Shown here: positions 12,765 to 26,612 of the stretch, in pieces | How positions within the stretch are numbered: the first letter of the stretch is position 1 | Layout of the letters: the number at the start of each line of letters is the position of its first letter | From: Camelus dromedarius | Taxonomy: Eukaryota | Reading direction: 5' to 3' | Length of the DNA: 64,000 bases | Assembly: GCF_036321535.1 (NCBI RefSeq) | Contig: NC_087437.1 | Span: forward strand, 77,502,001-77,566,000 | Made by a program: the position numbers and the translations under genes | The notes under the pieces: generated by a model | Database searches by the model: none | Seen by the model: the letters and a program-made list of their open reading frames with translations, nothing else | Told to the model about the DNA's origin: nothing

Positions 12765-14604
12765 AAGGTTGCGGTAAGGAACAAGGCTAGAGGCAAGGAC
12801 CAAATAATGAAGAGCAGGAATCTGACGTTCAGTCTGATGTAGGCGTATTTGGGTGTGGGAGTTTCTCCTTGAGGTATTTTTAATTTATCTCACGTTAGTG
12901 GCTTGCTTACAGGATTATCCTGAAAGTTATTAATATGACTCAGCTGATTATTTTTGGCAAATTGCTGTTTTTATCATCTCTGATTCAGGTGTGTATGTTT
13001 CCCTTTATTATTTGAAGAAATCTGTTTCTCCTCCCTGTTACAAGCCAGGCCACCTCCTCATCTTATCCGAGACATCCCTGGCAGCTTTCAGGATTCCATC
13101 CTAGGTTACAGCGCAGGGTGTCCTGCTGACAGAGGTGGAGTCCTCAGCCTGTCACCATTTCTGAAGCCTGTTTTTGAGTAAATGCCAGCCTTCATTCTTA
13201 CCTTCAGGAGTTTTAACAAAATGTTGTTGCTGGCACTAGGTTAACTTAGAGTTGTGTCTTGCCCCTGCCCAGACAACTACACCACCACCTTGCAAACGTG
13301 CCTCCAAAATGAGTAGTGGGCCAAGCCCAGCCCATTTTGGGAAGTCCCCGAGCTGTTCACCGCACCATGCTGTGTGGAGGGAGAAGACCATTGCATGTAA
13401 ATGAATTCAGTGATGTGGTTAAGCACAACAAAGTTCTTTATAAAGTGAAAATTAAAATTGTTCAGACCTGTCTTAAGGTCTGATGAAAAGGCCAAATGAC
13501 TAATTTGACTAGCCACTTGTTAGAGGATTTACTCACTGTACCCTTTGAGTTCATTATCCTGTAAGTAGCTAGACATTTTAAATAGTCTATACTACATTGA
13601 AATCTTAAAAAAATATGATTTCTCATTAAAAATACTGCCTTTTTCCACTTTTATAAGTACGATATTCAACACAGTGATTAAGTATTGTTTCGTCTCCTAC
13701 ACCTGGGCTTTGGAAGCTATTAAAGTTATAGGCCATTTATGTGTTAATAATGGCTGTTGCTGCTTTTTATGTTATTTTCCTGGGTTTTTTTAAAGATTAC
13801 TTTTATTAATAAGCCAGTCTGTCAGTGCCAGAGAGAGGGTAAATCCTGTCTAAAATTTGGCTTTTGACCTGCTCAAGTCATGAGTGATTTTAAAAGTTTT
13901 TTTTTTTTTTTCCTAAAAACTCATTAGTCACACATTTAAGAAGTCTGAGTGTTTTAAATCTCTTCCCAGGATTTTTTTTTTAAACCTGCTGAAGTAGGAT
14001 ACTCTCTTTCTCTTCAGGTACTTGAATAAGCCAGGTCAGTCAACATTATTCTTTCTTAAAGTATGCATTTGAGTTTGACAGTTTGTTTTTTGGTTGTTGA
14101 GTTGTGCAGTAGTTCTCTAAAACCCAAATTATATGTCTTTACACTTGGGCTCTGTCTGTCTGTGTGGTCAGTATGCTATAATTGAAATTTCCCAGTAGGT
14201 CAGATCACATCGGGGATTTGTTTCAGAATTATCAGCAGGTGTCCTTGGGATGTTACTTGGCTCACACTTTTGGATTGGGGTCAGTGGTTTTCTGTGTATT
14301 TTCTTTTCCTAGAAATTTGTATATAATTCCAGGTTTTTATCAGCATGCCTGTTGTAACCAGATAAGAGCTTGCCAATTAAAGAATTTTGAAGTTAATTTT
14401 TCTGTAAATTAAACTTGTGAGTCTTGACAGTGGTTCATAGCCATGATCCATCAGAATCACCAGGAGAGCTTCACCGGTGCCTGATGCCCTGTGAGGCTCT
14501 GACTGACTTGGGCTGGAGTGGGCCCTGGCCGTGGGAGGCTGCACCAGCTTTTCAGCTGGTTCTGCTGTGCGGCCCTTCTTGGGAACCACCGAGTGTTACA
14601 AGCT

Positions 14605-14780
14605 CAGTGGTTTTCATCCTTGGCTGCACATTGGTATCACTTGGGGAACCCCAAGCAACTCTGATATCTTGGGCCTGCCCCCAAAAGTTCTGGTTTAATT
14701 GTTCCTAGGGTATTGTCTGAGCATGAGATTTTATAAAACAGCCAAGTGATTGTAAAACAAAGGCAGGTTGAGAACCACTG
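14605..14780. mobile_element. MER5-family (hAT-Charlie) MITE, near full length
   Basis: Terminal inverted repeats cagtggttttca ... tgagaaccactg; internal ggctgcacattggtatcacttgggga. Confidence 0.85.
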
Positions 14781-15704
14781 ATCACCAACTCCCCCGCCCT
14801 TTTTTTTTTTTTAAGATGAGGAATGAGTGACTCAAACCAAAGAGATTAAGTGATTTGTCCAAGATCCACAAAAGAGAACCAGAATTCTGATCTTTGGACT
14901 TAACAGTCAAATGTTTTTATTAGGACATCCCATACTTTTATTTTGGTATGTCAGAAGTACCCATACAATCATGTTCCTTGGCTGCTTAGTCCAGAAAATG
15001 ACAAATATTTTCTCTCTTTTAACACTGGAAATGTGTGAGTTCATAGCTGAGATTCAGTCATTACCTCAGTTATAACATAAGAGAAGTGAAGAGCTAGGAA
15101 TCAGACACATTTGTGTGTTCTAGAACTCATGCTCAGTATCTGAAAGCACATTAGGCAAAGATAATTCAGCTGAAAATGCATTAAGATGAGTTAACGCCAT
15201 GCCATTTCTATAGCAGGAGCCGTAAGTGCTTGTGTTTATAACATGGGTCATTGTCTGGGAGAAGGTTGCACAGGCCTATGTGGTTGGAGTTACAACAACA
15301 ATATACATTACAAAGCATACTTTATCAATAGCATTGATAGCAAAGTACAGATTAGACCAATGGTTTAGAAATAAAATTTTCAGAATGTCACAGAAGGGAA
15401 AAAGAAATATTGAAAAAATACTGTAGGCCAAACATAGGGTCTCGGGTATTTGAGAAAAGCGTGCTTTTGGTGCTCTTCGGGCAGAGGCGGGTGTAAGCTG
15501 ACCGCTGCTCTCCAGCCCACATCTGTTACCTCCCAAACGCACACACAAGCCTGTCCCTAGGCGCGTCTCTGGCCCCCTCAGCACCTGAACGTGTCTTACT
15601 ACTACACAGGTTGTCTTTCCGTAGTCTTCAGGCTAGCACCTTTGTGAACCTAGGGTGTGTTTAAGAAGTTATTTGCTGGATGAATGATGGAGACTGTAAA
15701 CTCT

Positions 15705-15885
15705 TAGGGTGGTGTTTTGCAAAATGGGATCTGCCAACCTGCAGTATCAGCCGCAGCAGCAGCTCCTGGGAAACCTGCTGGAGAGGCAGATTCTCAGGCT
15801 CTGCCGCAGTCACTGAATCAGAAACTCTGGAGGTGGAGCCCAGTCCTCAGCATTTTAAGAAGCCTCAGATTTTCTGAAGATGACC
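15705..15885. mobile_element. MER5A MITE
   Basis: cagcagctcctgggaaacctgctggagaggcagattctcaggc...actgaatcagaaactctggaggtggagcccag. Confidence 0.8.
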
Positions 15886-16010
15886 ATACTTTTTTGTATT
15901 CTTGGAAGGACTTGAAATAAAGAATTCAATGGTAACATTTATAAAGTGATCACAGATGCCAGGTACTATGCTGGGTGCTTTATAGGTGGTATTTAATGTT
16001 TAGTACTTAG

Positions 16011-16440
16011 TGTCTATATCAGATTGATTTTGTTGCATAGAGAACCTAGTGGCTTACAGGAATGATTGGTTATTATTTCTCATGCGTCTTAGGTTTGGCT
16101 GGTGGTTCCTGTGGTATGGGCTGCTCAGCTGAGGCTGGATAGCCTAGGATAGCCCCACTTCGTGTGTCTGGGGCCTCAGCTTGATGGCTGTGTCCTCAAA
16201 AAGGATAGCCTGGGCATGATTAGATGATTGCATAATTGCTTCCAGCTGCAAGAGAAGGGCCCAATGAGGCAAGGCGCTCATAGGCCTGTGGCTCATTGGC
16301 CTAAGCGAGTCACATGACCAAGCCTTGATTAACGGGGCGGAGCAAGAGATTCCACTTCTTGATGGAAGGGAGCGGTCACGTTGCAAAAGTACATGCAGTA
16401 CAGGCTTGAGAGGAATTTGTAGCTGCTTCATAATTTATTC
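16011..16440. mobile_element. MLT1-family (ERVL-MaLR) solo LTR
   Basis: ttgttgcat...agtggcttac...ttattatttctcatg...cattggcctaagcgagtcacatgaccaagcc...tccacttcttgatggaagg. Confidence 0.75.
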
Positions 16441-19203
16441 GGTAAATATTTGTTGGTGGGTTACAACTTGTTTATTCTTCATAGACTGTTAATGGTCCAA
16501 AGGTGCAAGGTAGATATCCTTTGAAAACAAAAAAGGACATTTGAATAGAATTCCTCTGATTATTTGTTAAAATCTTGCTCTTTTATAACGGAGGGCTGTT
16601 TTATTCCTACCTTCTTCAGAAATAAGGTCTTTGCGGACATCCTTTTAAAACAATAATTGATCTGAAGCAAAAATGGGTACAGTACCTGACAGATTGAAAC
16701 TCCGAAATATTTCAATATAGTAGACTTGTTCTTTTCTTTTAAAATGTGGATGTTGATTTTGGAGATTGGTGAAGGACTTCCCTGGAGGAGGTTTCTCAGT
16801 CATGACGGCAGCTTTAAGACTATACACACCTGATTCCAAGTTGGTTGGGGGAGGGGAGATTGGTGTAGCCACCAATTCAAGGCCTATGATGTGCTAGGAG
16901 AGCATTCTTTCGTGTGGTGTCCCACTCAGACCTCAAAACTGAGTGTTTAACACTGGGTTTTATTCTTCTTTGGATTATAGGGTGAATACATACTCCTTAT
17001 AGAAAATTTGGTAGTATGAGTATAAACAGTAGAATAAAATCACATGTATGTAATCTTACCACCCAGAGGTAACATTGGACAAATATTATTTCTGATCAAA
17101 TGTTGAAATGCCTTTTTATTTTTGCTTATTGAAGTGTTTTACTTGTGGATGGGACTAGTCTGTGTGTGTGTGTATATATATATATATATGACACTAAAAC
17201 TTAGTGTTGTAACTATTGCTTCATCTGTTTAACCAATGTGTACTAATTATGCCTATTATATGTAGTTAATGAAAACGTAATGACTGCCAAAATGTAGCTT
17301 TTTCATGCGTAAATGTTCTCTTTTATAACTTCTACGTTAAATCCTTGTTTGCTTTTCCCTACTCTTTATTTTGTTAATTCCTTCTTGGTGTTTTTCCTTT
17401 TTTTCATTCTCTCAGTTGGGGGAACTTGTTTTTCTTTGTTCTTCCTCATTATTTACCATGTTTTTTTGTTTTTTTTTTTCTCCCACAGCCATTTTTTCCT
17501 ATGTATTTCCATCTTTATCACTCTGGTCATTCTTATACATTCCCTTTTTCCATCTAGACATGTTGTTGATTAGATCTTGACAAATTAGCAACAAATTATC
17601 ACCCTGGAGACCTCATTTTACCTTTCACCATTTCTTCTTTTTAGAAGTATTGACCTGTATGGATGTAATTTGTATGTATGTATGTAATTTTTTGTTTAAG
17701 GAACTGGGTACTTCCTTGCTGCTGTGTACCACTGTGTGGTGCTCTTTTGAGGAGTCCAACTTAAGTCAGTTTTTGGCTTTCTCTGTGATGCCCTGTCATC
17801 CCCCAAACAAAACAAAATGAAACCAAACCATAAAAACCTCTTTAAATTCCTGACCTCCCTCCACCCCCACATTCAGTAACAGGAGATTTTGACATCTAGG
17901 CTGCAGCTTTTCATTTGAAACCTTGTATGTTTGCATAAACCCATGTCAGTCAAAATAAGCAGTAAGTGGGGGAAAACAGGGCAGTTCTTGGGTTTTAAAA
18001 GAGGAAGTTTCCTTCCCCACCCCTGACCTCAATATCTAACATCTGGTTCTGACTACAGATGGGGGGGGGAACAGACTTAAGTCCCCATTCAGCCAGCTCT
18101 TAACCCCCAAACAGTATGATTTGTGATAACATTTCTATTTTTACTGTGGTCTGTAGGGTCAAATGTTTTAGTTAATGACTTGCAACAGGAGGTCTGAAGG
18201 TTGTGCCTAACGCCTTGTTTTCTGAGTGTTCATAATTTAACACAGCAATGTTTCACATCTCTGGATTGGGTTAAATTTAGTCATCCTTTAGTGAAACTTT
18301 GAAGGAAAGAAATCATTGTTGAACTCCCTGTGTTTCTGTCTTGTTTTAGAGACAGCAAATAACAGCTGATGGGATTTTACTTTTTTTATTTTTTAATATG
18401 TTATAACTTTAGAACAGGTAATAAGTTCACATGGACAGACTTCAAGCAGTGCCATGGAATGTCTGTGTATTTTTAAAACTCCACTTAAAAAATTAACCAG
18501 CGCTTTACATCTCTTTGTTCAGTACAGCAATTTTCAACTAACATTTTTGAAAGAGAAATGTTTAATACTTTCCTAAGATTATTCTGCACCTGTTTGTCTC
18601 CTTGAAAAACTAAATGTGTGACTGCTTCTAATGATGGTTTCACCTTATGTTTTGGGGTGACCCAAATGAGGCAGGTGGACTGGACCAGCTCTTCAGCTGG
18701 TACCAGAGCACAGAGCAGTAACCAACCCTTGCCGTGCTGTAACCATCGCACTGGGTGCAGCGGAGGCCGGGGAACAACCGCCTCACTCTAGCTTGCATAG
18801 GTTAATGAGAAGGAAAGGGCCTTCTTCCATTCTCCACTCTACTTTCTGCTTCAGTGTGCACAGTTAGGGGATGCCTGAGGAAGGATTCACACCAAAAAAA
18901 ATCAAGTTGCCCCGATGTCTGAATTTATAAGTCAGAAGCTTAAATTAGGCCCAGTTTTACCTACATTGTTTTGCATGTTTAGGTCAGAACTTCAAAAGTA
19001 CTTTTGGGAAAACTGAATTTTTATTGAAATCCTGACTTTGTTATGTGAAGTTGGTGATTGGATTTTTTCAGTGGAAGGAAGATTTATTAAAAACAAGCAG
19101 AAGTAATATCCACAATGGCAGGCTGAAAAAAATGATGAGACCACTTTCTCTTATATCATCCTTAATTCACAGACTCTGGCGGTTCCACGTTTAGCTTTAG
19201 GGG

Positions 19204-19587
19204 TGTTAAAAGGCAACCTGAGGCATACTAAAAATATCAAGAGTTTATTTGAGCAAAAATCAATTCAAATCTGGCAGCATCCAATCTAGCAGAAAGAAAG
19301 GCTCTCCAAGGAGCTGTGCAGACAGAAGGACTTCTTTAGGCAGAAGAGAGTGGAAACATGGCAGTTACACTAGCCCAAAAAAGTGGGTTGGTTATTTCAA
19401 GGTTACTTTCCTTTCCTGTAGGGGTCCATCAGGGAGATGACTTGACTAGTGCCGATCAGGTGACTCCTGATTGACTGATTTCAGATTCCATTTCTGGGAG
19501 TGCTGAAACTATAATGAAGTCTCAGTTTGGTGGCATACAATTTAGCATCAGCAACTCCGTTTTGGACCTGTTTTCTTGTTTTTTACA
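19204..19587 (-). mobile_element. ERV solo LTR (ERV1-like), 384 bp
   Basis: Termini TGTTAAAA...TTTTACA (TG..CA, imperfect inverted), flanked by GGGG on both sides (4-bp TSD). tttatt near 19244 is AATAAA on the minus strand. Confidence 0.75.
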
Positions 19588-19869
19588 GGGGGGTAAGCTT
19601 GGACTGAAAAGTAGCCAGTAGGGGGAGGTTACTCTCTTGAGGTTAGAAACTTGTATTTCAAGGAGTGAATGTGAAGAAAAGAGCAGAAGTCTCTCCTTCT
19701 TTACCCAGAGAATGGGGGGAAGAAGGGGAATATGTAAATATATATATTTTGCATACACACTCAACACACATCTATTTACATATTTATGGATGTCTGTAAC
19801 CCTTAAATGGTAACATAGCCACATATAATCTGACTAAGTAGGTATTACCTAAGAAGTGAAATCTTATGG

Positions 19870-20170
19870 TATATACTTCTGAGTGTGATTTCCTTTGCTC
19901 AACATTATGATTGAAAGTCATCCTTACTACTACATGTCATTGAAGTTTGTTCATTTTCATTACTGTTTAGTGTTCCATTTTATGACTGTTTCACGTTTTA
20001 TCCCTTCTGCTCTGGATGGATATTTGAGTAGTTTTGGCTTGAGTAGTGTTGTGGTGAAGGTTCTAGAACATGTCTTTTGGTGCACATATGCATGCATTTC
20101 CAATGGAGATGTATACCTTAGAGTGAAATTGCAGGGTCATAAGGTATGCATGTATTCTGTTTACTGTTAG
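19870..20170 (-). mobile_element. Old L1M fragment
   Basis: tttgctcaacattatg...gatggatatttgagtagttt...gaacatgtcttttggtgcacatatgcatgcatttc...agagtgaaattgcagggtcata. Confidence 0.7.
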
Positions 20171-21007
20171 TAGAGTATATGTATGTATTTTCAGCATACT
20201 TTAGCATATTTATATGTATTAACTTATTTGGTCATTTAAAAATGAAAATGAATTATGGTTGATTAATTGGTTAGCTCACAAGAAAGTATTGCCTGTTTAT
20301 ACTGGGGGCAAAATGTATGTGTGGTTTCAGTATAATTAGGAGTTCAAGGATACAGTTTTAGCCCCTAATTGGTCTGTGACATTGGACCTGTTACAGCCTT
20401 TTAAAGTTGTGGTTCCATTTCTATAACTGTGAAGGTAGAAATAATTATGTGATTTCTAAGGTGCCTTCATCTCTATGTATCTGTGATTATTTTAAAACAT
20501 CCTAAAAAAATGTAACATAGGTAAGGTTTTGTGATGACTGCTAACTCAGGTGGAAAAAAACTACCTAATAAAGTTAATTTCTGATCATGTCATTTTCACA
20601 AGGAATATTGGGATATGCAGAAATCTATTTGGAGTTTTTAGTAAGTAGGGATGACTTTTAGTAGTAGTATAATCCACATAAGACCCGGGGAAGAAAAGTC
20701 ATCAATTTAATGTGGTAACAGTTGTCATGACATTTAATAGAAAATATTTGATTTTACTCTCCAAATAATTTGATCACTTCAACTTTCATGTCCAAAGAAT
20801 CTTTATATTTTGTGTTAAACTTTCATTTGGATCAAATGAATTACATGGGTCTTATTTTTAGTGCTGGCTGTGTATATTTTAATAGTCCATTCTTTTTCCT
20901 CATGGTCTTTTCCCATGTATAATCTGTATTTGCAAATCATTTCCAGAGTTGGAAAAAAAATGAGCTAATATCTCATAGGTGAATAATACCCACTTATTAG
21001 CGGGCTA

Positions 21008-22832
21008 TTTTTTTTAAATTCTATTTTATTGAGTTATAGTCAGTTTACAATGTTGTGTCAATTTCCAGTGTAGAGCACAATTTTTCAGTTATACACAAAC
21101 ATACATATATTCATTGTCACATACTTTTTCACCATGAGCTCCCACAAGATCTTGTATACATTTCCCTGTGCTGTACACACATTTGTTTATCTATTTGTAT
21201 ACATTTGTTTATCTATTCTATATATACCTGTCAGTATCTACAGATTTTGAAATCCCAGTCTGTCCCTTCCCACTCCCCACGCCCTGGCAACCACAAGTTT
21301 GTACTGTATGTCTGTGAGTCTGTTTCTGTTTTGTATTTATGTTCATTTCTCTTTTTCTTTTTCTTTCTTTTTTTAGATTCCACATATGAGCGATCTCATG
21401 TGGTATTTCTCTTTCTGCCTTACTTCACTTAGAATGATACTCTCCAGGTACATCCATGTTGCTGCAAATGGCGTTACGTTGTCATGTTTTATGGCTGAAT
21501 AGTATTCCATTGTACAAATATACAACATCTTTGTCCAGTAATCTGTTGATGGACATTTAGGCTGTTTCCATGTCTTGGCTATTGTAAATAGTGCTGCTAT
21601 GAACATTGGGGTGCAGGTGTCATTTTGAATTAGGGTTCCTTCTGGTTATATGCCCAGGAGTGGGATTCCTGGGTCATATGGTAAGTCTATTCCTAGTCTT
21701 TTGAGGAATCTCCATACTGTTTTCCACAGTGGCTGCACCAAACTGCATTCCCACCAGCAGTATAGGAGGGTTCCCTTTTCTCCATAGCCTCTCCAGCATT
21801 TGTCATTTGTGGACTTTTGAATGATGGCTGTTCTGACTGGTGTGAGGTGATACTTCATTGTAGTTTTAATTTGCATGTCTCTGTCTCTGATAATTAGTGA
21901 TATTGAGTATTTTTTCATGTGCCTATTGATCATTTGTGTGTCTTCCTTGGAGAATTACTTGTTTAGGTCTTCTGCCCATTTTTTGGATTGGGTTGTTTGG
22001 TTTTTTTCTTAAGTCATGTGAGCTGCTTATATATTCTGGAGATCAAGCTTTTGTCAGTTTCACCTTTTGCAAAAATTTTCCCCCATTTCATAGGTTTTCT
22101 TTTTGTTTTGCTTATGGTTTCCTTTGCTGTGCAGAAGCTTGTAAGTTTCATCAGGTCCCATTTGTTTATTCTTGCTTTTATTTCTTGCTTGCGTAGACTG
22201 CCCTAGGAGAACATTTTTGAGATGTATGTCAGATAATGTTTGGCCTATAATTTCTTCTAGGAGGTTTATTTTATCTTGTCTTATGTTTAAGTGTTTGATC
22301 CATTTTGAGTTTGTTTTTGTGTATGGTTTTAGGTAGTGTTCTAGCTTCATTGCTTTACATGCTGCTGCCCAGTTTTCCCAACACCATTTGCTGAAGAGAC
22401 TGTCTTTATTCCAGTGTATGTTCTTGCCTCCTTTGTTGAGTATTAGTTGACCAAAAGTTTGTGGGTTCATTTCTGGGCTCTATTCTGTTCCATTGGTCCC
22501 TATGTCTGTTTTTGTACCAATACCATGCTGTCTTGATGACTGTAGCTCTATAGTATTGTCTGAAGTCTGAGAGAGTTATTCCTCCAGCCTTTCTTTTTCT
22601 TCAGTAATGCTTTGGCAATTCTAGGTCTTTTGTGATTCCATATAAATTATATTATGATTTGTTCTAGTTCTGTGAAATATGTCCTGGGTAATTTGATAGG
22701 GATTGCATTAAATCTGTAATTGCCTTGGGCAGTGTGACCATTTTAACAGTATTGATCCTTCCAATCCAGGAGCATGGGATATCTTTCCATTTTTTTAAGT
22801 CTTCTTTAATTTCCTTGGTCAATGTTTTATAG
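21008..22832 (-). mobile_element. 5'-truncated L1 (about 1.8 kb): disrupted ORF2 C-terminus, 3' UTR and poly(A), with TSD
   Basis: Minus-strand ORF pieces 22060..22470 (KDSLFSKWCWENW), 21646..21933 ([12 protein letters not shown]...[17 protein letters not shown]) and 21373..21606 (MFIAALFTIAKTWKQPKCPS) are classic L1 ORF2 motifs. TSD acttattagcRggct at 20992-21006 and 22844-22858. Confidence 0.97.
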
Positions 22833-24584
22833 CTATCTGTGTTACTTATTAGCAGGCTGTATTTAATTCATTTTTGTGAGAATTCTTTTTTTCACTTTTT
22901 GTTTCATTTCTTTTTCAAAGCTTCTAGTGTGTTCCTGGCTCAGTTCATTGTGATTAGAGGCACAAGGGGGTACTGCAGGGTGAGTCTTGTAGACTCTGCA
23001 CGATTATCTGAACTGTCCCTGTCAGGACTTCCTCAGACTTACGTGTGGCCTGGGACTGGAAGTTACAGCAGGGATTTGAGGAGTCTCTTAGGAAGTTACA
23101 TTTATTCAATTTAAAGAAATACCCTTTTTGTTCTGAAATTGTGTGCCTCTTGCTCTTGTGGTGTGAAAATGTTATTTAGTGTCAGAGATAGGTTTGGCAT
23201 TAATGCCCTTTTGGTAAAATAAGTAGTAATCCTCTGTTAGTTTCCCCTGTTTTTGTTCTTAAGTGTTAAGCATTTCAAGTTAAATATTTGAAGATGTATT
23301 CTTTTAAAGAAAAGCATCTGGAAACCAGTGGTTTATTCTATAAACCTTCCATCATCAGTCCCTTCATCTTGAAAAGGCTAGCAGCATCAGTTTTTCAGAG
23401 CCCCTTCGTTAATTTGAGCAATTAACTACTTCGATTTACTACTGCAGGCTGGCCTCTCAGAGGTGCTGGGTGTGCTTACACGCTCTGCAGAGAGCCTCTC
23501 CCTGCCTTTCACTTTCCTCTCTCAGGTGCCAGAATGGGGCAGCATCATCCCGAGGCTTCCACAGCTGCTCCTTTCAAACTCCTGCACTCCCTGGCCTCGT
23601 TCCAGCCCATGGTGTTGCGTTCATCACTCCACCACAGGCAGTGCCAAGATCTTTTTCTGATTTGAGGGTCTCATGATAGAATTAGTCAGCCAGCCTTGAT
23701 TGACATTTTCCAAGGATATTTATGCTGGTGGGTAGGCAGACAGGCCCTGATTGCTCTTTAATTATTAATTTACAAGGAAATATAGAGCCAGTGACAAGAC
23801 TCAGTTCTAGGTGGAAAAAGCACCTTAGTGGCATTTGGAGAAGATATTTTTTATTTCTCAGCTGGCAGGCCTTTTTTTTCCCCCTTGCTCTTCTTAAGGA
23901 GATAGAACCAAACCTAGCAGATGAATTGCTTGCATTTAGAGATCTCAAAGGTTAATGGTGGTAGAGGGAGATTACTGAAGGGAGAACTAATTTGCTACTT
24001 TTAAAAAATTAGGCATAGGTGAGCCACACGTACACTGAGCTAGTGATGTGTGTGGTTGTCTTCTGTTTCCTGTAATGAGAGGAAGAAAGCCCACTCCCTG
24101 ACCTCTGACATTGTGTTAACCAATCAGAAGAACTGAGTTCCTCTCCCAGGGCAGAGATGTGGGAGGTGGACTGGGGTGTGGTGATGAGGTTATTATCAGT
24201 CTGATGGTGATATTTACAAATGTGAAAAGTACAGGCTGTCCCAGGATGGGGCCATCAAGGACGAGGGGCGAGTTCTTTAGGATTATTGAGCAAGAGGGGT
24301 GAGAAATGAAAGTCCCATCAGTGCTTAACCTTGAGGTCTGTCCCAGATGAGAAGCTAAATCACTCTAAAACAATGATGTTCCAGCCCAGTAATGATGACC
24401 GTGACTCCCAGCATATTGGCAGTGTCATGAGAGGGACTGATAGATATGTGGCTTGGGGAAGCAGAATGGGTTCTCTTTTACAAATCTTAATAAAGGTATT
24501 TAGATCTTGAGTTTGCTTTAGATGCAGTTTTACCTAGAGGCAGAACAATGAAAAATAAAATATCTTTTGAGGTTCCTGCTAACC

Positions 24585-24757
24585 CAGTGCTTTTCAGGTA
24601 TTAAACTTGCACATGAATCACTTAGGGGGAGGTGGGGGGGCTTCTCACAGTGCAGATTCTGAGTCAGCAGATTAGGGTGAGGCCTGAGAGTCTGCATTTC
24701 CACAATCTGTGAAGTGATGTTTAAGCTGCTGGCCCAAAGACCAGATTTTGAGCAAGA
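24585..24757. mobile_element. MER5A MITE
   Basis: gaatcacttagggg...tgcagattctgagtcagcag...ggcctgagagtctgcatttc...gctgctggccc...tttgagcaag. Confidence 0.8.
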
Positions 24758-26612
24758 TTGTTAGATATTTTTGTTCTCTGCCCTGGATCTTGAATACCAA
24801 ACCGAAGGTAAGACTCACTATTATCATTCATTCATTCTTCTTGTTTCATCTTTCTTTATACTTGACTATGAAAATGCTATTCACAATGAAGATATACTTC
24901 AGTGTTCCCTGTGGTATATGTATTATAGGTGTATTATGGGGAAAACTGTGATTAATCATAGATATTAATAGGATCCAAATTAAATCCACCAACCAATATA
25001 CCAGAAATTGTTACTGGTCAGAAACCAAATGCTGGGCTCTGTATCGCTATTGGCAGATATCTCCATGCGGTACCACATTCACATGTGTGTAGTACCAAAC
25101 AGATTTCTGAGAAACAGATTTTTGTGACAGATTTTGACACAGAAAATACATCAAGCACCATAAAACTTAATGGAAAAATGTGTTGCTTAACTACAGTCCA
25201 TTTTTAAACAGTAGGTTGCAGTGCTTTCAGTGGAACCAAATGGGTCTTATTCTTGAGAGCTTTGGCAGAGTCTCCCTACCCAGAGAATTAACTCTGAGAA
25301 TGTCACCTGGTGGGATGGTATTGGATGGATTATTGGTGATGTTGTGTTTGGGGTTGGGGTTAGTCAGCTCAGTGTTGTTCTACTTTAGATCATGGAAAAA
25401 GGATATATGTCTTTACTGTGCTAAATATTTATCTGGTGACTCATTTCTGGAAGTGAGGGAATTACTGTGGTATTTGGAAATGGAAACACATCTTTTCAGA
25501 TGTGCATTTGCAATGCAATCTCTGAGTGTGTTTCAAATGGTAATACACCAGGGGCTGGGAGTCTGCCAGAGTGGAACATCTGCTTCTGAGACTCAGGCTC
25601 CTGGAGCATTCCTCTCTGAGTGCTATTGTTTTCTTTTGCTTGTTTTCTCAATTTGTTAAATCTAGATTATTTTTCATCAAGGACACAGGGAAGAAACCCT
25701 CAAAATTCAATTATTGTCTTACAACAGAGAACTCTTCAATGAAAGCTTTTTAATTTGGATAAAGATCTAAGAATTTCTACTTATTAAATTATGCCTTGTG
25801 ATTCATTTTATTGAAAGTGGTTTTCTTTTTCAAACTCCCCCTGGATGGAATCAAGGTTGGCTATGTGAGCCTCTGCATCCTTGAGCAGCCTGGGTGGATG
25901 GCGGGGCCGTGCTGGTACAATGGGCAGGCCTGCCTGGAGAGAGGATTTACTATCTGCAGCGGGTCCTTGCTGCCCTAGCGGTCTCATTCCTGAGTATACC
26001 GCACTTCTGACCCTGTGGGCTGTCGTAGTGCCAGACTGATCTACACGCATATGCCTTCATCTACCAGGCTTGCTGCTTTTACCTGGCAGCTTCTTCTGCT
26101 GCCTTTCTCTGCCTCTCTTCACCCCATTTGGGAGGCCCAGAGTTGAGCACATGTTTCCTTGAGCTCTTGTGTCGCTGAAGCACCTTGAATGTACTTCATT
26201 TGTATGAGTACACTGTATTGTAGTTGTGCGTTTTTATATGTAATTACTCACTGAGGTGATAAACTCTTGGAGGGCAGGGATGGCTGGTTTTCATCTTACT
26301 GTCCTCATTGCCGAGTATACTGGCAGATCATAACAGAGCCTCAAACATTATTTACTGAGTGAATAAACTTTGTTTAAAGTCACTGGAATTCCATATATGT
26401 AGATCAGAATTTCTGTGCATATAAAGTTATTCTGAAAAACAGAACTGACTTCTGTGCTAACAAGCTAGACTTTAGAGAAGCAGTGAGCTGCATCCTAAGA
26501 TATGCTGGAAAATAAGAAGATCAGCTGGTGCTGCTTTTACAGCCTAATCTTTGTGGATTATTTGTAGCTTTTTTCTTTCCCTCTTAGCATTTGATTCCTT
26601 AAGAAATACTTG

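Noticed and set aside
21373..22470. Minus-strand ORFs of 77-136 aa as a nested gene
   Set aside because: They are frameshifted pieces of L1 ORF2 in a truncated element.
25180..25659. Longest unexplained ORF (159 aa) with a hydrophobic stretch
   Set aside because: Non-ATG start, composition driven by TG-rich DNA, no known motif or splice support.
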